Positions 49,549-60,000 of a DNA stretch of 60,000 nucleotides are shown in pieces (position 1 is the stretch's first letter; each line of letters begins with the position of its first letter). This DNA comes from Malacoraja senta (lineage: Eukaryota), in NCBI GenBank assembly GCA_038087875.1, contig CM075990.1, forward strand, positions 13,270,001 to 13,330,000, read 5' to 3'. The position numbers were made by a program, and so were the translations under genes. Below the pieces are notes generated by a model. That model did no database searches. It saw only the letters and a program-made list of their open reading frames with translations, and was not told where the DNA came from.

Positions 49549-50197
49549 GGAATGAGCTCACTGCTATTACAGTCCATAGGTCAGACTGAGTGTAAGTTTG
49601 GTTGGAGTTCGACCTCAACTCGGACACCTTGTCTTGCATCTGTGTACTTTATACACAGGCAAGTCCCTATCTCATAATGAGTCCAAATGTCTGAATATTA
49701 ATCACTTTGAGGCTTTTGAGTTGCAAAGTAACACAGAGTTACAACACAGTTCCAAAGTATCAAACCCAATTGCCAAGAAGTTCCATCTCACATCAGTTGG
49801 ATCAGTTTACACAAGCTCTGTTTTTGAGGTTTGGTTTCATTGACTTACCGGTGAGTGGAAATGGATTTCCTGATTGAATTTCGGGCCAACACACTGGTTT
49901 GTCCAGGGATGAATTTCGTCCCAATTTACCTGATGCATGACATGAAGGTTGCACCAGGGAGCTTTAGTTACACTTTGGTTGTGTCTTAAAAATCAAACAC
50001 AGTCAGCCCAACTATTCCATAATCTCGACCCGATATACGTCACCCATTCCTTCTCTCCAGAGTTGCTGCCTGTCCCGCTGAGTTACTCCAGTTTTTTGTG
50101 TCTATATTCCGTGGTTAACTGTGCATTCTTCATTGGAGATCACTTCCATCCTTGCTCACACTGTATCGATGTTCTTCTTGAATCCTGGCTTGCTCAG

Positions 50198-51660
50198 GTT
50201 TAGTTTAGTTTAGAGATACATTGCAGAAACAGGCCCTTCGGCCCACCGAGTCTGCGTCGACCAGCCATCCCTGTGCACTAGCACTATCCTACACACTAGC
50301 GACAATTTACAAACTTTACCGAAGCCAATTAACCTACAAACTTTAAATCAAATCAAATCAAAAACTTTATTTGCCATTTGTGCTTACGCACATAGGAACT
50401 CTTGTGCGGTTGTTCAGAGAGTCAAGTCAAGTCGAGTTAAAAAGACACACAGAAAAACACATAATCTATAAAACATATACTTCTCTAGAAATAAAAAGAA
50501 AGTGCCTAAAACCCTATATGTTATGAGGTGGGTCAGGACATCAGTTCATTTTGTTTTGGCCAAGAGTCTCACTGTGGCAGGGAAGAAACTCTTGAAAAAG
50601 TTTGTGACGATGCTGTCCGCTCGTCTGTGCCTGAGGTTGTATGTGCAGTTTTTGTGTTTGAGCAGGGAGTGAGCTGGATGTAGTGTGTCTCTGATGATTC
50701 TCTCTGCTCTTTTTTGACAGCGCTGTGTGTAGATTGTTTCCATGGAAGGAAGTTCCATTCTGATAATCCTCTCTGCAGTCTTTATGACTCTTTGCAGAGC
50801 CTTCCTCTCTGTCTGTGTGGTGTTTCCATACCACACCGTGATGCCTGTGGTGAGGATGCTCTCTATCAGTCCTTTGTAGACCTGGGTGAGAGGGCGACAG
50901 TGCAGACCAGCTTTTCTGAGCAGCCTGATGAAGTACAGTCTCTGCTGGGCTTTTTTCACTGTTGCAACAGTGTTCAAAGTCCAGTTCAGATCTGATGTTA
51001 CTTGTAATCCCAGGTATCTGTAACTGTCAGCCCTCTCCACCACAGTCCCCTTGATGATGAGGGGCTGCAGGGGGGGGGGTGGATTTTTTCTGAAGTCCAT
51101 TATTATTTCTCTTGTCTTGTCTGTGTTGAGGCTTAGGTCGTTCACCTCACCATAGGCAAGAATGTCGTTCACCAGATTCCTGTAGCCCGACTCGTCCCCC
51201 CCCTTGATGAGGCCCAGGATGGTGGTATCATCCGCATACTTAATAACGATGGTATTTTCCTGGGTGGAGACACAGTCGTGTGTGTACAGGGTGAAAAGTT
51301 TGGGACTGAGACAGCAGCCTTGTGGTGATCCTGTGCTGACGGTGAGCTCTGCAGACACCCTCCTTCCCATCCTCACCACCTGTGGTCTTTCAGTCAGGAA
51401 ATCCAAGATCCAGTTGCAGGTGGGAGTCGGGACGCCGAGGTCTGTCAGCTTCTCAGTCAGCCTGCCCGGGCGAATGGTATTAAAAGCCGAACTGTAATCG
51501 GTTTCCCTATAAACTTGCATATCTCTGGGATGTGGGAGGAAACCGGAGCCCCTGGAGAAAACCCACATGGTCACCGGGAGGATGTACAAACTCCTTACAG
51601 ACAGAACCCATGGCCAGGATCGAACCCGGGTCTCTGGCGCTCTAAGGCTGCACCGTGCTG
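50198..51660 (-). mobile_element. tRNA-derived SINE split by the Rex1-like insertion (parts about 50198-50343 and 51506-51660)
   Basis: 3' and 5' halves of the same SINE family flank the LINE; cctacaaactt / cctataaactt duplicated. Confidence 0.85.
50344..51500 (-). mobile_element. Rex1/Babar-like non-LTR retrotransposon, 5'-truncated
   Basis: [26 protein letters not shown] and C-terminal [10 protein letters not shown]; 3' AATAAA plus (GATTT)n tail. Confidence 0.9.
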
Positions 51661-53014
51661 TTCCAGAACACCATTATGCCTGCCTCATCCAGTACTTAGG
51701 TGGCAGTAATGGCCCAATGGTTGACACACCTGCTCATATCTCAGGAAAACGTCTGGTTCAAGTTCCATTCAGAAGATGCAAACATGAATTCTACGCTGAG
51801 ACGTAAGTACCACCACTGATGAAGTGCTGTGCTGTCCAGATGAGATGTTATATTCCAAGAGTGGAAACACAACATTGCTTAATACAATTTTTCAAATCAG
51901 ACACGAGATGTCATTCAAAATGTAGAATCATTGAGGTGTAGATGCTGGTTAATACACAAAAGGACACAAAGTGCTGGAGTAACTAGCAAGACAGGCAGCA
52001 TCTCTGGAGAACATGGATGAAGAAGGGCTTCAACCCTATTCGTGTTTCTTCACATATTCTGCCCGTCCAACTGAGTGACTCCACAACTTAATGTCCTTTT
52101 GTTTAATTTTTAATATTCAGCCACCATTTATCTCTCAGCTGACATCACTGAAGAAGATTATATAATATAACTTATTAATATCACAGTGCAGTTTGTGGTG
52201 ACTTGCCATGTGGAAAAGGGCTGCTATGTTGCATCATTTAGTTTAGTTTAAAAGTTTGTCAGTGGTTTGTGACAGTGAGGTTATCAGAGGTGCGGTATTA
52301 TGCAGGGTTTTTTCTTCCTTGCTTGTTCAGGCAGCAATTAAGAATTGGCTGCAGATAGACAAAGTACAAAGGGGTGAGGAAAGTGCTGAGAGCACAGTTT
52401 TGAAGAAATATCTAATCAGCAGTGTTGGTTAGAAATCCTTGAATCAATAGCAGGAGTCACAAGCCCTCACAGAAAACCTGAAGACTTGGAAGGGACATTT
52501 CATTTCTATTCCCTAATTTATTTCTTTTCTCTTACTCCAATACTAAACTAAGATTAGATTTTATGCCATTGATTTGTATGTTCTAATCTAACGCAAGTTT
52601 ACATTACATTTTATGCCATTGATTTGTATGTTCACCGTTGCAGGTTTCCATCTGTTGAGTCTTCAATGATATCTTCCAAGCCAGGCTGAGCGCTGCTTCT
52701 GAACATAAGGAACAGCAAATAATGAAAACATAAGGGACTGCAGATGCTGGTTGAAACCGAAGATAGACACAAAAAGCTGGAGCAACTCAGCGAGGCAGGC
52801 AGCATCTCTGGAGAGAAGGGATGGGTGACATAAGAAGGGTCTCGACCCGAAGCGTTACCCATCCCTTCTCTCCAGAGATGTTGCCTGTTCTGCTGAATTA
52901 CCCCAGCTTTTTGTGCCTATCTTCGATGACAACATATTTGGTCAACTCCAAGGTACCATAACTAGTAGAGTTGCTGCCTTACATGATCATAATATGAGAT
53001 GAGATGATATTGTT

Positions 53015-53395
53015 TAAGAAAGAACTGCAGACGCTGGAAAAATCGAAGGTAGACAAAAATGCTGGAGAAACTCAGCGGGTGAGGCAGCTTCTATGGAGAA
53101 AAGGAATAGGCGACGTTTCGGGTCGAGACCCTTCTTCAGACTGATGTCGGGTGGGCGGGAAAAAGCAAGTATGAGGCGGAGACAGTAGGCTTGTGGGAGA
53201 GCTGGGAGAGGAAGGAGGGAGTAAGCAAGGACTATCTGAAATTGGAGAAGTCAATGTTCATACCGCTGGAGTGTAAACTACCCAAGCAAAATATGAGGTG
53301 CTGTTCCTCCAATTTGCACTGGGCCTCACTCTGACAATGGAGGAGGCCCAGGATAGAAAGGTTGGATTTGGAATGGGAGAGGAAGTTGAAGTGCA
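53015..53395 (-). mobile_element. Penelope-like element 3' end (endonuclease C-terminus plus terminal repeat)
   Basis: HFNFLSHSKSNLSILGLLHCQSEAQCKLEEQHLIFCLGSLHSSGMNIDFSNFR, typical of a PLE GIY-YIG C-terminus, followed by the abundant ctgaagaagggtctcgacccgaaacgtc repeat. Confidence 0.8.
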
Positions 53396-54166
53396 GATAT
53401 TGTGTGTAGATTTGGTTGCCCCATAACAGAAAGTATGTGGGGGTTTTGTGGAATGCAGACAAGGTTCACCAGAATGCTACCTGTATTAGAGTGTATTAGC
53501 TACAGAGAGACACAATAGACAACAGACAATAGACAATAGGTTCAGGAGTAGGCCATTCGGCCCTTCGAGCCAACACCGCCATTCAATGTGATCATGGCTG
53601 ATCATCCCCAATCAGTACCCCGTTCCTACTGGATAGTCTTGGATTGTATTTTTCTGAAGCATCGGAGGCTGATAGAAGTATATCAAATTATGAGAGGCTT
53701 AGATAGAGTAGACAGAATCATTTTCCCAAGGAGGGAATGTTGAACATTAGAGAACATAACTCTAAGGTGAGAGGGGCAAAGTTTAAAGGAGATGTACGGG
53801 GTAATTTCTTCATGCAAAGGGTGGTGGGTGCCTGGAATGCATTGCCGGGGGATGGTGATAGAGGCAGATACAATCATTATATTTAAGAGATTTTTGGATA
53901 AGCACATGGATATGCAGGGAATGGAGATAACATGGATAACAGAGGAGATCAGTGAATGAATACCTTATTGTCACAGAAATATAGAAAATAGGTGCAGGAG
54001 GAGGCTATTTGGCTCTTCGAGCCTGCACCGCCATTCATTGTGATCGTGGCCGATCATCCCCAATCAGTAACCTGTGCCTGCCTTCTCCCCATATCCCTTG
54101 ATTCTGCAAGCCCCTAGAGCTCTATCTAACTCTCTTTTAAATTAATCCAGTGAATTGGCCTCTACT

Positions 54167-55430
54167 TAGGAATGTTACAAAATTTTGAGATTTTAAAAGT
54201 CAAGCCTGTAACTTATCCCATCAGATAAAGCATAAAAAGAACTTTAATTTGATACCTAATTCACTTTCATATCTTCAGTATTAAAAAAGTTATGGCCATT
54301 TTCATACTCGGAAATTAGCATCTTGTTCCCTATTGCTTTTCCATTGACTTAACAAAAAGGCTGTGATCGAGGACAGTCAACATAGAAACATAGAAAATAG
54401 GTGCAGGAGTAGGCCATTCGGCCCTTCGAGCCTGCACCGCCATTCAATATGATCATGGCTGATCATCCAACTCAGTATCCCGTACCTTGACATAAAAGCC
54501 CATAACTTTCTTAAAAAATAAGAGAACTGAACAAAATGTTCAGTTATTATAGATTGAAGCATTCTGAAACAAATATGATACATCTTACTTGGATAACCTG
54601 AAATTAAAGCATATAATTAGTTAGTTACCTAGTTGTAGCTAATTACAAAATTGACCGTTGTGACGGAAATGGTAATAAACACCCAGACTGCCTTAAAAAT
54701 TCAAAAATTTGATATTCTCAAGATCAGAACTTTAATATTATTGTAACGTTAAAACAAATAGTAAATACCCAACAAAAAATTCATATTCATCAGTGTCATC
54801 AAATCAATTAAATTAATCTAAATTCAATTACGAGATCTAAACATCTATCCCATTCTTAAAAGGCTAAAATATTTTTTTTAATAGACAATAACATAAAATA
54901 TAGATGAGTTAGATGTTCTTATGACATGGTTGTGCAAAAAAATAATGAATTTGGTTATCTTGAGAGTGGATAGTGATAGATCGGAATGTGGCCGCTGCAA
55001 TGATAAGCCCCGCGATATCGGCGGACAAGACACGGCCGATATCGGGCCTAAATAAAATATTTTGAATCATCAGATTAAAATGAAACCACCCCAAAAAGCA
55101 AGGTAAGATGTTAAATAAATGATATAACTTTTTGTTTTGTCCTGATGTGGAAGTCCTTGATGTTGATTTTGTTCCGTGATGTTGAAGGCGTTAGAAGTCG
55201 CGTTTAACTTCAATCCAACGATGCAACCGACCAGCAACTTTTTTAAAAAACGGGAACGGAAGCGCAGAACGAATCTTCTTTATCAACTTGTAAGTCCGAG
55301 CAAATACCTCTCTGGCAACCAATACAAACCTGAATTTTAATCCCGCCCCCCTTCCCCACAGCCTCCAGAATTGCCCCCTCCCCCCCCCCCGCCCCGCCAG
55401 CCTCCGGAATCGCACGCACAGGCAGTGGCA
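54167..55430. mobile_element. Same DNA-transposon-like family, copy 2 (right end lost; nested in CR1 and carrying a CR1 tail)
   Basis: Shared blocks such as ttatcccatcagataaagcataaa, gttgaaggcgttagaagtc and gcctccggaatcgcacgcaca; CR1 3' end inserted at about 54379-54487. Confidence 0.8.
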
Positions 55431-58139
55431 GAGAATTCCACAAATCCTTGCCACATATGACAACTCACAGTGAAATTCTTTGCTTGTTTACCCAAGGAAT
55501 GCAATAGTCTCCACGTAAAGGGCGTTGACAAAGTTACAAAGTATTCTGCACCAGGTCCACCTGTGTTCTTCCCGCCTCCCTCCCCCCTCCCTCCCACCTC
55601 CCTCCCCCCTCCTCCCTCCTCCCGGTGGTTTCCCCACACCGGGTCCTCGAGTTGGCATCAAGGTCAGGGCGGACATTATGGGTGGAAGGGTCTGTTCTGT
55701 GCTGCACTGTTCTCTGAGATCACTCTCATTTGGTGCAGGAGGACTAACAGAGGCCTGAACCCTCAATCAGGTTCCCAAACACAGCAGTGTTGTCAACGAC
55801 ACATCTCCCTCTCTCTACACAATACTGTAATGACCCCCTTTAGCAGCGATTCCACTCGTGTTTCCATTCCTGGGGGAATCTTCCTGAGACTCCCGTGAGG
55901 TCCCTTTGTAACCAGCACAGACCTCAATACCCAAGGAACCAACAATGTCTCCTGATAATGGCGGTCAGAACTAAAGGCTTATCAAAGAAAAAGATATTCA
56001 CTGGAATTTCTACGCCAGAGTTTTTCCACATTGGCAAGACGTGCCCTCTCAGAGAGCATGTACATACAGAAAGATGAAGGGAAAGAAGCTTTAGAGGTGA
56101 GCAGCAAGTTACATGGCAAAGGGATGGTCTCTTCACCAGTTGAGGGGAATTAGACTTATCCAGTAATTTATGGGAATTGTCAGGAAATTAATGGGTTAAT
56201 GGCACTTCTGCGGTCCCTGTCATTTTGCCTGTTCCTTATCTCTGCCTTACATGCAGGAAGCCCCCAAGTGAGCAGTGATTGGTGCAGGGACTGATTTGGC
56301 AGGCAGTGCATTAGCCATCACTTGGAAAGGACCCAGAAGATGTGAGTGACATGAGTTGTTCATCCTGTTGACCTCATGAGTGGTGAGTCTGGAAGTCTTT
56401 ATGCTTCAGTTAAATATTTCTGTATTTTCCTTATGTTTTATTGCACAAAATCTGTCCTTTGGAAATATAATGATATTTTATTATTTACTCAGGATGGCAG
56501 CATTTATTGTCCATCCGTAACTACCTTCATACTAGGAAGGCAGTAAAGAATTAACCAAGTTAAAGTGTCAGAGACTCACAAGAGTAAAAGGGAAGAATTT
56601 CTTCCCTGGAGGACAATAATGAAAAAAAAAAGTGATTTTCCAACACTCTTGGTGTTTATAGAACATAGAACAGTACAGTGGAAGAACAGGCCCTTCGGCC
56701 CACAATGTCTGTGCTGAACATGATGTCAAGGCCATCACTTATCCACCTGCACTTCACCCATATCCCTCTATTCCCTGCTTATCCATGTACCAATCCAAAA
56801 ACCTTTTAAATAACACTAATGTACCTGCTTCAACCACCATCCCAGACAGTGTGTTCCAGGTGCTCACTACCCTCTACAATAAAAACATTTGGCCTGCACA
56901 TCTCCTTTAAACGTTGCTGCCTCTCATCTTAAAGCTATGCCCTTTAATTTGCGTATAAACCAGACTGTACAAGGCACATTTTAATTGGTGCAGTTTTACA
57001 CATCAAATAAATATACAATGATCAATAATACAATAAGTTATCAGTAATACTAGGAAACTAGAACATAACAGTGCAAATTGAAGCACTTTATGAAACCGAA
57101 ACAAAGTCCATAGTAGAATGTCGCTGAGGTTACTGACCACCATTTCTGAGGACAGGTATCAGAGTCATTGTAGATTTTATTTTGGATTTATTTAATGAAT
57201 TGAATTTCAATTCCCCACCTGCCAAGGTGGGATTCACATCTCTGGTTGAAGAGCCCAGAGCTCTGAGTGTTGGCCTGGTAACATTCATAATGCTATTCAT
57301 CATTTGCTATATTAGCTCATGCTTTATTCCAATGATTACAAAAAAAGGGAAATGCAATGACATCAATGAAACTTGCTGTCAAGGCAGAGAGAGCCAGGTT
57401 TCTTCCCTGTTGCCTTGGCCGCAAAGCTTTCAACAAAGCAGGGTTTACAGTTGGGGAATGCAGAGGATGGCTGCTCTTGTGGGTAGACCTTCAACAGATT
57501 AGAAGGAAACAATGTTTTCTGTGCCACTGAAGTGAGTCAAGTCCAGATCGAAAGATGGACTCAAAAACCTGGAGTAACACAGCTGGTCAGACAGTATCTC
57601 TGGAGAAAAAGGAAGAGGTGACATTTTGGGTTGGGACCCTTATGAAGAAGCTGAGTTACTCCAATTTTTTGTGTCTATCTTCGGATTAAACTAGCATATG
57701 CAGTTCCTTCATGCACACCAGCTCGAAAGACGTTGTTTACAATTGGCAGGTGTGCATAGAATCTTACAACTGTACTGCGTGAAAACAGGCCATTCGGCCC
57801 AACTTGTCCATGCTGAACCCTGAACTGCAAACTCTGCAATTATTAACACCAGCCTACAGATGGATGCTGTTGTTATTGTGACTGCAGTCTGTGTCATCCG
57901 GATATTAGAGGTGGGGAAATTGAGCCATTCTCATTAATAAGCTGTGTGCAAACTATCAAAAGTTACAAGTTTTTTCATTGTCATATATACCAAAATCAGA
58001 ACAATGAAATTCCTATTTGCAGCTGCATAACAGACCTGTAGTCACAATATTTATAGAGAACACAATAAAGGAAAGAGAGTTCAATAAATTAAAAATATAT
58101 ATATTAGTGTAAAACAGAAGGCTGAAGTCCCTGGTTTCA

Positions 58140-58350
58140 ACCAAGGCAGTTGTTCATAATTTGGTTGGTATTAGCGGTGTTCAAGAGGCTGATGGTTGTT
58201 GGGAAGAAGCTGCTCTTGAACCTGGAAATCATGGTTTTCAGACTCTTAAACCTTCCCCCGGTGACAGGAGTGAAATGAGAGTGTGGCCAGGGCAGTGTGG
58301 GTCCTTGATGATGCTGGCTGCCTTTTTGAGAAATCCTTTCAATGGTGGGG
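58140..58350 (-). mobile_element. Rex1-like 3' fragment
   Basis: LKKAASIIKDPHCPGH... and RFKSSFFPTTISLLN in shifted frames; a related tail at about 14305-14590 (+). Confidence 0.7.
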
Positions 58351-60000
58351 AGGTCAGAACCCATGTTGAACAGGGTTGTGCCCATCTCTTTTTGTATTCT
58401 CCTTTGTATTTGGGCGTTGTGGCCAATGAACCAAATGGCCGCTGCCTTCCTGGCCAGTGAACCAAAGAAAGACAATTCGGAGGTAGAGAAAAGTGCTGGA
58501 GAAACTCAGCGGGTGCAGCAGCATCTATGGAGCGAAGGAAATAGATCAAAGGACAAAGGACAAAGGATATTTATTGTCACATACACCAAATGGTGTAGTG
58601 AAATTTGTCTTGCCAACTTAGACACAACATTAAAGAAATTTAACATAAAACATAAAAACACCCCCCCACAATGGTTCCCACTGTGGGGGAAGGCACAAAG
58701 TCCAAATAGGCAACGTTTCGGGCCGAAACCCTTCTTCAGACTACTGCTGCTGCACCCGCTGAGTTTCTCCAGCACTTTTGTCTACCTTCGATTTTCCAGC
58801 ATCTGCAGTTCCTTCTTAAAGACAATTCAGATCCTGCTTTTTATACATTAACGGCTGGATAGAAAACATCACCACTCTGTGATGAGTACGTCAACTGCCA
58901 GCCTCTATATTAAGATAACATCAGAGTTTGCATGTGATGTGTTTGAGAAAGCATGTCTGGAGTCATTGGAACTGAGTGAATTAGGGTGAATAGTTAATGC
59001 GGATAGAAACATGAGGACATAAGCTCAGGATCAGCAGGGAAAGCACAAGCAGGGAGCTTGAAGACTTCTCCACTGCATTGCAATTCTGAATTAAAGCTGA
59101 GCGAGTGTCCTTGCTGCTCGGCTGAACGGGGTGGGGTGGGGGTGAGAGCCAGACAGGAGCGGTCATCCATCACTCCCTTCTGCTCACGTTGCTGTGAATA
59201 ACAGCCAGGGTCGCCACATCTGACTGTGAGGTCGGTTTCTAGAATGAGCTCTGTCTGGTTTCAGCATGACGTTGTCAATCTCTCTGCGTTACCTGCCTCT
59301 CTTGGAATGGCTCGGGCGCTGGTGCTGGCAGGTCAGGAGCAAAGTGCAGCTTAGTGCTGGAGTATTTCTTAGCGTTGAGTCACTCGGGGAACAGTACAGT
59401 ACTGCACAGGAAGCTGAAGGAATCCTCGAGTCATTCAAAAGAACAAAGTTATCCTACGCGCATTCTCTCTCCCGACATCCATACTTTCATTTTCTTCAGA
59501 AGAGAGAGAGAGGGAGGAAGGGGGGGGAGAGAGAGAGAGAAAAGAAAGTACAGGATAGGAGCAGGCCCTTCAGCCCAAACTGTCTGTGCAACTTATAATG
59601 CCAATTTAAACTGCTCATCTACCTGTACATTATCCATATCCTTCCATTGTCTGCTCTTTACATTTCTCTCTAAGTGCTTCCTTAATGTTGCTATTGTATC
59701 TGCTTCCACCATCTGCTTGCAATGCTTACCCGCATGCATCACTATGTGTAGAAAAAACTTGCCTGGTAAATCGCCTTTTAAACCTTTCCCCCCTCACCTT
59801 TTGAACTATGCCCTCTCGTATTTGATATTTCCATCCTTGCTAGAGGACTCTATCTAACCTGACTGTGCCACACAATTGGATCTTCAATTATCCAGTTTTC
59901 TTTCAAAATCAGCGATTTAATATGTACCTATGACCCTAACTGGCAGTGTATCCCGCTTATACTCGCTAGAATTTAGGAGATTGAGATGGGATCTTATAGA

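Noticed and set aside
52558..52634. 26-bp direct repeat attttatgccattgatttgtatgttc x2
   Set aside because: Ordinary local slippage duplication with no further structure
55470..60000. P4HA1 3' exons expected from synteny
   Set aside because: No P4HA-like peptide (for example NKWLHERGQEF) recognised in any frame

Overview
This is eukaryotic, repeat-rich vertebrate DNA, most likely from a cartilaginous fish (skate or ray). That assignment is inferred from HE1/V-SINE-like and CR1/HER1-like repeats and from the protein divergence. The window holds a conserved three-gene block in the same order and orientation as human 10q22. (1) MCU (+): coding exons 3-8 at 7719-21228 with an intact WDIMEP pore motif; canonical exons 1-2 were not found and probably lie upstream. 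(2) OIT3 (+): a signal-peptide exon at 28455-28518 and the last two ZP-domain exons at 32076-32175 and 36027-36194; the middle exons are absent and a 200-N gap lies where they should be. (3) PLA2G12B (-): complete, four exons, 198 aa, with the catalytic His replaced by Leu. The rest is mostly transposon-derived: CR1, Rex1/Babar-like, L1 and RTE fragments, tRNA-derived SINEs, hAT and Harbinger-like MITEs, and many Penelope-like repeats. The main leads are a phase-compatible candidate alternative first exon of MCU (5225-5360) that would replace the mitochondrial presequence; many minimal hammerhead-ribozyme cores in Penelope-derived repeats, often arranged as long hairpins in MCU introns and the putative 3' UTR; and several local inverted or templated duplications of apparently unique sequence.
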